Source: Desulfobia sp.
GTDB lineage: Bacteria; Desulfobacterota; Desulfobulbia; Desulfobulbales; SURF-16
Direction: 5' to 3'
NCBI GenBank assembly: GCA_041641775.1
Contig: JBEPXR010000004.1
Location: 1 to 32,124 of the forward strand
DNA: 32,124 bases
Numbering within the stretch: position 1 is the stretch's first letter; every line of letters starts with the position of its first letter. The position numbers and the translations under genes were made by a program. Positions 18,232 to 23,917 of the stretch are shown here, in pieces. Below the pieces are notes generated by a model. The model was given only the letters and a program-made list of their open reading frames with translations. It was not told where the DNA came from and searched no databases.

Positions 18232-20442
18232 ATGGCCCAGCCCAAGAAGAAATCAACCCAGCAGACTTCTTTGCGGTCCACCGTAAAGGATCAGTCCGGC
18301 GCAGGAAAGACCAGGATCGGTGAAATACTGCGCAAAGAAGGCCAGATCCTGACCAGGCAGCTCGAGGAAGTCAAGCAGATCCAGAAGAAGACCGGCCAGC
18401 GGCTAAGCACGATCCTGGTTCAGCAAGGGCATATAGATGAAGATACGGTTGTCAAGGTTTTGAGCCGTATTCATAACTACAAGGCCGTTGATCTGACTAA
18501 AGAGCCTCCCAATCCCCAGGTTATCAAGATCGCACCTTTCGATACAGTCAAGAAGTACTGTGCCATGCCACTCAGGGTAAAGGATGACGTCCTGCACATT
18601 ACCATGGCTGAACCGACAGACACTTCCGCCGTGGAATCTCTTCAGTCTGAACTGAAGATGACCTTGTCTGTCGGTGTTTCTACGGAAAAGGACATTCTCA
18701 ACGCCTACAAGAAGTACTATAAGATCAGCGATGAAGAGTATAATAAACTGCTGGGCGGCAAGGAAGACGTAGAAGCCGAAGAGGAGGAAATTACCAGTGT
18801 TGACGATTTTGGTTCTCTCGCTTCGGAAGCTGCTGAAGAAGTCGCTCTTGAGGTGGAGGCAGGGGAGGAAGAAGCGGAAGAGTTTTCTTTCGGTGACGCC
18901 CCTATAATCAAGCTGGTAAACGGTATTCTGGTCAAGGCGGTCAAAGATGACGTCAGTGATATTCACATCGAGCCTTACGAAAAGAATCTCCAGATACGCT
19001 ACCGGCTTGACGGAGCCCTTTTCCGGGCCATGAATTTGCCTCTTTCCATCAAAAATGCGTTGATCTCCCGTGTAAAAATACTGGCTAATCTGGACATAAC
19101 CGAACGCAGGATTCCCCAGGACGGCAGGATAAAAATGAGGGTAGGGAAGAGCAAGATCGTCGATTTCCGGGTCTCTACCTTGCCCACCCTGTGGGGAGAA
19201 GGAATAGTTCTTCGTATTCTGGATAAAGGATCTCTCAATGTTGATCTGACCAAGCTGGGCTTCGAGGAAGATACTTATGCCGCCCTGAGACGGAGTCTTA
19301 ATATGCCCCAGGGGCTTCTTCTGGTTACCGGACCGACAGGAAGCGGTAAAACCGTGACCCTGTATTCAGCTCTGAATTCACTGAATACCGAAGATAATAA
19401 GCTCCTCACCGCAGAGGATCCGGTGGAATTCAACTTCAAGGGCATAAACCAGGTTAATGTCCGCGACGAAGTGGGGATGACTTTTGCCGCCGCTCTGAAG
19501 GCCTTTCTCCGCCAGGATCCAGATATAATCATGGTCGGTGAGATCAGGGATATGGAAACCGCTGAAATTGCGATCAAGGCCGCCATGACGGGCCATCTGG
19601 TTTTTTCCACTCTCCATACCAATGACAGTCCTTCCACCATCGGCCGTCTTGTAGATATAGGCGTCCCCTCGTACATGCTTTCAGCCTCCCTGACCATGGT
19701 GCAGTCACAAAGACTGGGGAGAAGGCTTTGCACGGAATGCCGTCGTCCCATCACTCTCCCGGACCAGGAGGAGTTGATCGGTCATGGCTTTGAGGAGGAA
19801 CAACTTGAAGGGCTTACCCTCTATGGTCCGGTGGGCTGCACCAGGTGTCGGGGCACCGGCTACAAGGGCAGGGTCGGTTTTTTCGAGTTAATGGAAGTCA
19901 CTGACGAGGTGGCCAAGGCGATCAGTGCGGAAGTGCCTGAAGATCAATTGAGAAAAGTAGCTATCCAGGAAGGCATGAAGCCCTTGCGCAAGGCGGCCAT
20001 CCAAAAGGCCATAAAAGGAGTTACAAGTCTTGACGAGGTCCTGAAGCGTACTGTTATTACTGAAGAGAGCCTGCCCGCCTACCTCGTCAATCCTGATATC
20101 GAGCTCTACGAGGATGGCGATGTCATAATTCACCAAAGCAATCAGGATATCGATTTTTTCCAGCTTATCCAGGGAACCCTGATGGTGGTCAGAGACGGGA
20201 ATAAAATAGCGGAAATAACCGAACCAAACGAATATTTTGGCGAGATGTCGGCTATATCCGGCGAACCCCGTTCTGCTTCGATCATATCCAAGGGCCGTAC
20301 TAAGATTAAAAGGTTCCCAGGAGATAAGATGATGGAGATTATAGAAAAACATCCCAAGGTGGCGAAGCATCTCTTCAAAACTCTGGTCAATCGCCTTTCC
20401 CAATCCAACCAGGTTCTGATTAATCTGGCCAAAAGAAGATAG
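18232..20442 (+). CDS. pilB: Type IV pilus assembly ATPase PilB with N-terminal MshEN motif and C-terminal cyclic-nucleotide-binding domain
   Basis: SDIHIEP, PQDGRI, Walker A GPTGSGKT, AEDPVE, LRQDPDIIMVGEIRD, TGHLVFSTLHTN, Zn motif CTEC...CTRC; extra ~110-aa C-terminal domain with FGEMS...PRSAS. Confidence 0.92.
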   Translation: MAQPKKKSTQQTSLRSTVKDQSGAGKTRIGEILRKEGQILTRQLEEVKQIQKKTGQRLSTILVQQGHIDEDTVVKVLSRIHNYKAVDLTKEPPNPQVIKIAPFDTVKKYCAMPLRVKDDVLHITMAEPTDTSAVESLQSELKMTLSVGVSTEKDILNAYKKYYKISDEEYNKLLGGKEDVEAEEEEITSVDDFGSLASEAAEEVALEVEAGEEEAEEFSFGDAPIIKLVNGILVKAVKDDVSDIHIEPYEKNLQIRYRLDGALFRAMNLPLSIKNALISRVKILANLDITERRIPQDGRIKMRVGKSKIVDFRVSTLPTLWGEGIVLRILDKGSLNVDLTKLGFEEDTYAALRRSLNMPQGLLLVTGPTGSGKTVTLYSALNSLNTEDNKLLTAEDPVEFNFKGINQVNVRDEVGMTFAAALKAFLRQDPDIIMVGEIRDMETAEIAIKAAMTGHLVFSTLHTNDSPSTIGRLVDIGVPSYMLSASLTMVQSQRLGRRLCTECRRPITLPDQEELIGHGFEEEQLEGLTLYGPVGCTRCRGTGYKGRVGFFELMEVTDEVAKAISAEVPEDQLRKVAIQEGMKPLRKAAIQKAIKGVTSLDEVLKRTVITEESLPAYLVNPDIELYEDGDVIIHQSNQDIDFFQLIQGTLMVVRDGNKIAEITEPNEYFGEMSAISGEPRSASIISKGRTKIKRFPGDKMMEIIEKHPKVAKHLFKTLVNRLSQSNQVLINLAKRR

Positions 20443-20593
20443 CTCCCAATACCGGTGCCCTGTATCTGCCAGAAGTGCCGGTCAAATTTTCTATCCTTTC
20501 AAGCGCAGCCTTTCGGGTGTTGCTGCGTCCACAGCTACTATCCCTCCAGTCATACTAAACGATGTCAGCGGTAATTTTTGTGCCAAGAATTTA

Positions 20594-20622
20594 TTGCAAA
20601 ACGTTGAAAATTTTTATAGGTT
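20594..20622 (+). promoter_or_regulatory. Putative sigma-70 promoter of the folD-cooS cluster
   Basis: TTGCAA-N17-TAGGTT in an AT-rich intergenic segment. Confidence 0.4.
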
Positions 20623-20766
20623 ACAGGATTGTGTCTTTACTCTGAAATTTTTTTGCCCGGCTGGATTCCATTGGTATCTGTTGCAGGTTCTAAGTCATAT
20701 TTCCCCTCTGACCGGGTAATCGAAACTGAAAACTTATGAAAAAATCATAATGGCCAAGGAGAATGT

Positions 20767-21648
20767 ATGAGTGCAAAGATTATTAGCGGTAAGGAAAACG
20801 CTCAGGCTATCAAGGAAGAACTGAAAGTAGAAGTTGATGAGCTCAAGGAAAAAGGTATTGTTCCCGGTCTGGTGACTATCCTGGTTGGTGATGATCCGGC
20901 GTCCCAGTCCTATGTTAATGCCAAGAATAAGACGGCCCATAATCTGGGCATCAATTCCGAGCAGATTAATCTTGATGCCGATGTCAGTGAAGAGGAGCTC
21001 CTTAACCTGGTAAAAAAGTATAACAACGACGACAAGGTCCACGGCATTCTTGTCCAGCTGCCGCTTCCCAAACATATTAACGACAGCAAGGTGCTCAATG
21101 CCATTAATCCTGACAAAGACGTCGATGGTTTTCACCCCGAAAACGTCGGAAGAATGGTTTTGGGCGAACAGTGCTTTCTGCCCTGCACCCCTCATGGTAT
21201 ATTGGAACTGCTTTCCAGGAGCGGCGTGGAGACCAGCGGTGCCGAAGTCGTCGTTGTTGGTCGTAGCAATATCGTCGGCAAACCCATAACCAATCTCATG
21301 CTCCAGAAGAGGAAAGGAGGCAATGCCACGGTAACCATTTGCCATACCGGAACCAGGGATATGAGCGTTCATACTAAAAAAGCTGATATAGTGATTGTGG
21401 CAGCGGGTGTTCCCAAGATGCTCACCGCAGATATGGTGAAGGACGGGGTTGTCGTAATCGATGTCGGGGTTAATCGTATGGGAATGACTGAGGAAGGCAA
21501 AGCCATTCTGGCCGGAGACGCCGACTTTGATACCATCAAGGAAAAAGCCGCGGCCATAACCCCGGTTCCCGGCGGGGTGGGACCAATGACCATAACGATG
21601 TTGATGAAAAATACCGTCCAGTCAGCCCGCCAGGCTGCCGGGTTGTAG
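20767..21648 (+). CDS. folD: Bifunctional methylenetetrahydrofolate dehydrogenase/cyclohydrolase FolD
   Basis: VGDDPASQSYV, GILVQLPLP, KDVDGFHP, PCTPHG, VVGRSNIVGKP, DVGVNR, TPVPGGVGPMT. Confidence 0.97.
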   Translation: MSAKIISGKENAQAIKEELKVEVDELKEKGIVPGLVTILVGDDPASQSYVNAKNKTAHNLGINSEQINLDADVSEEELLNLVKKYNNDDKVHGILVQLPLPKHINDSKVLNAINPDKDVDGFHPENVGRMVLGEQCFLPCTPHGILELLSRSGVETSGAEVVVVGRSNIVGKPITNLMLQKRKGGNATVTICHTGTRDMSVHTKKADIVIVAAGVPKMLTADMVKDGVVVIDVGVNRMGMTEEGKAILAGDADFDTIKEKAAAITPVPGGVGPMTITMLMKNTVQSARQAAGL

Positions 21649-21673
21649 GAGTTTTACTGTAAGGAGATTTACT

Positions 21674-23662
21674 ATGGCTACATCACGAACCGATTGTGAA
21701 GGTTGTAACGATATAACCTGTGGATCTACCCAGGATGTTCTGGCTCAGGATCTTTCTCAAAATATTATTACCGCCTATGATCGGATAGAGGCAAGGGGCA
21801 TGTCTGCCTGTCTGTTCGGTTCTGGGGGTACCTGCTGCCGGAACTGCAATATGGGCCCCTGTCAGATTATAGATGGGGTGCCAGACATGATCGGAGTATG
21901 CGGGGCAACGGCTGATACAGTTGCCGCCCGGAACTTCACCAGAACGATAGCCTCCGGTTCTGCAGCGCACACGGACCATGCCAGAGAGATGGTCAAAGGC
22001 TTTATCGATGCCGCCAAAGGCCACGGCCCTCATGGCATAAAAGATGGAAATAAGCTGAACATGCTGGCCGAGGTCTTCGGGGTCGAAACTGAAGACAGAT
22101 CCAAGGAGGAGATTGCCTTGGAGATCGGCGAGAAAGCCCTGGCTGATTTCGGTAAACAGGATGAAACCCCCATAACCATGGTCAATCGGGCTCCCAAGAA
22201 GCGCCAGGAGCTTTGGAAAAGGCTTGGCGTGACCCCCAGAGGAATTGATCGCGAAATCGTAGAGATGATGCATCGGACCCACATGGGTGTCGACCAGGAA
22301 TATCATAACTTGATGCTTCAGGGCACCCGCTCTGCATTGGCTGACGGCTGGGGCTCTTCCATGCTGTCCACTGAGCTGACTGATGTGATGTTCGGTACCC
22401 CAGTGCCAAGACGTGCTATTGTGGATCTCGGCGTATTACAGCCTGATCAGGTCAATGTCACTGTTCACGGCCATGAGCCTCTGCTCGCTGAGTCTCTCTG
22501 TCTGGCTGCTCAGGATGAAGAAATTCAGACGCTGGCCCAGAAGGCCGGAGCCAAAGGGGTCAATCTTGCTGGGGTCTGCTGTACCGGAAACGAGATTCTG
22601 ATGCGGCGTGGAATACCTGTCGCCGCAGGATTTATCCAGCAGGAGATGGCCCTGGCCACAGGTGCTATCGAGGCCATGGTCGTTGATGTCCAGTGTATAA
22701 TGCAGTCGGTCACAGATGTGGCCAAATCATTCCACACCGATATTATTACCACCAATTATCGGGCAAAAATGCCTGAATCTGTCCATATCCAGTTTGAAGA
22801 GGATAGGCCTCTGGAAAGCGCCAAGGAGATTCTGAAGAAGGCAATTGCCAATTACAGGAAACGGGAGACCTACTATATCCCCCAGGCCTCGAAATTCGAT
22901 GTGGTTGTCGGCTTCAGTCATGAAACCATAAATTATATGCTTGGTGGCCGCTTCCGCTCCAGTTACCGGCCCTTGAACGACAACATCATCAATGGCCGGA
23001 TTAGAGGGGTTGCAGCTATAGTTGGTTGTGACAATTACAAGATGATGGATAACCGCCACGAGATCATTGCCCGGGAATTGATCAAAAACGATGTTCTTGT
23101 TCTGGCCACAGGCTGTGCCGCCACCGGACTTGGCCGGGTGGGTCTCGTCCGTCCTGAGGCGGCAAAAGAGGCGGGCCCGGGTCTGTCTGAGGTCTGTGAA
23201 GCTGTGGGTATGCCTCCTGTTCTTCACTGCGGCAGCTGCGTTGACAACAGTCGCCTCCTGATAGCCGCTACCGAAATGGTTCGGGAGGGGGGACTGGGAG
23301 ATGATATATCTGATCTTCCGCTTGCAGGTACCGCCCCCAGCTGGATGAGCGAAAAGGCGGCCGCTATCGGACAGTATTTTGCTGCCAGCGGCTGTTATGT
23401 TGTTTTTCAGGGTCTGCCGGTCACCGGTGCCAAAAATTTTACCAAATTTCTCACTGAAGAGATGAAGGATATCTATGGCGGGCGCTGGGATATTGAAGAA
23501 GATCCTGTCAAGCTGGCACACAGGATGATCGCCAATATAGATGAAAAACGCAAGGCCCTCGGTATTGATAAACAGAAGGAGAGGGTCCTCTTTGACATGG
23601 AGATGCGGCGTGATATGGCAGGATCTGGTCTCAAAGATGCTGGATGTAAGGGACCTGCCTGA
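21674..23662 (+). CDS. cooS: Anaerobic Ni-dependent carbon monoxide dehydrogenase catalytic subunit (CooS/AcsA)
   Basis: D/B-cluster C-X7-CCRNCNMGPC...C; C-cluster ligands HGHEP, CCTGNE, DVQC, GCDN, TGCA, GSCVDNSR; catalytic AAHTDH and WMSEKA. Confidence 0.96.
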   Translation: MATSRTDCEGCNDITCGSTQDVLAQDLSQNIITAYDRIEARGMSACLFGSGGTCCRNCNMGPCQIIDGVPDMIGVCGATADTVAARNFTRTIASGSAAHTDHAREMVKGFIDAAKGHGPHGIKDGNKLNMLAEVFGVETEDRSKEEIALEIGEKALADFGKQDETPITMVNRAPKKRQELWKRLGVTPRGIDREIVEMMHRTHMGVDQEYHNLMLQGTRSALADGWGSSMLSTELTDVMFGTPVPRRAIVDLGVLQPDQVNVTVHGHEPLLAESLCLAAQDEEIQTLAQKAGAKGVNLAGVCCTGNEILMRRGIPVAAGFIQQEMALATGAIEAMVVDVQCIMQSVTDVAKSFHTDIITTNYRAKMPESVHIQFEEDRPLESAKEILKKAIANYRKRETYYIPQASKFDVVVGFSHETINYMLGGRFRSSYRPLNDNIINGRIRGVAAIVGCDNYKMMDNRHEIIARELIKNDVLVLATGCAATGLGRVGLVRPEAAKEAGPGLSEVCEAVGMPPVLHCGSCVDNSRLLIAATEMVREGGLGDDISDLPLAGTAPSWMSEKAAAIGQYFAASGCYVVFQGLPVTGAKNFTKFLTEEMKDIYGGRWDIEEDPVKLAHRMIANIDEKRKALGIDKQKERVLFDMEMRRDMAGSGLKDAGCKGPA

Positions 23663-23854
23663 TCGAAAGGCAAACGGGATGTGGAGCACGGGACATGATG
23701 TAAGGGCTTGATAGACAATCCCCCGAGGTAACTCCTTGATTACCTCCCCATATTAGGGAGCCTCTCTGTGAGCTCCCTGTCAGATTTACATAAGACCGGC
23801 AGTCCATAGCCGCAACCTGTCTCTGGACAGCTATATGGCCTGCAGTCAGTGCGC

Positions 23855-23896
23855 CTGAACTCTGAACTCACGGTCCCGAACTCTGAACCTTGAATT
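23855..23896 (+). repeat. Degenerate 7-bp tandem repeat (consensus CTGAACY), six units
   Basis: CTGAACT CTGAACT CACGGTC CCGAACT CTGAACC TTGAATT, immediately upstream of the metF-acsD start. Confidence 0.6.
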
Positions 23897-23917
23897 TACC
23901 AAACAAACAGGAAATAT

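Noticed and set aside
20571-20586. Sigma-54-like TGGCAC-N5-TTAC on the minus strand
   Set aside because: The -12 element lacks the conserved GC and it points away from folD, antisense into pilB.
23666-23720. AAAGGCAAAC...GGGAC resembling the 5' half of a c-di-GMP-I riboswitch
   Set aside because: No GNRA-capped P2 stem, no GCAAAG junction and no recognisable P3; too few conserved positions.
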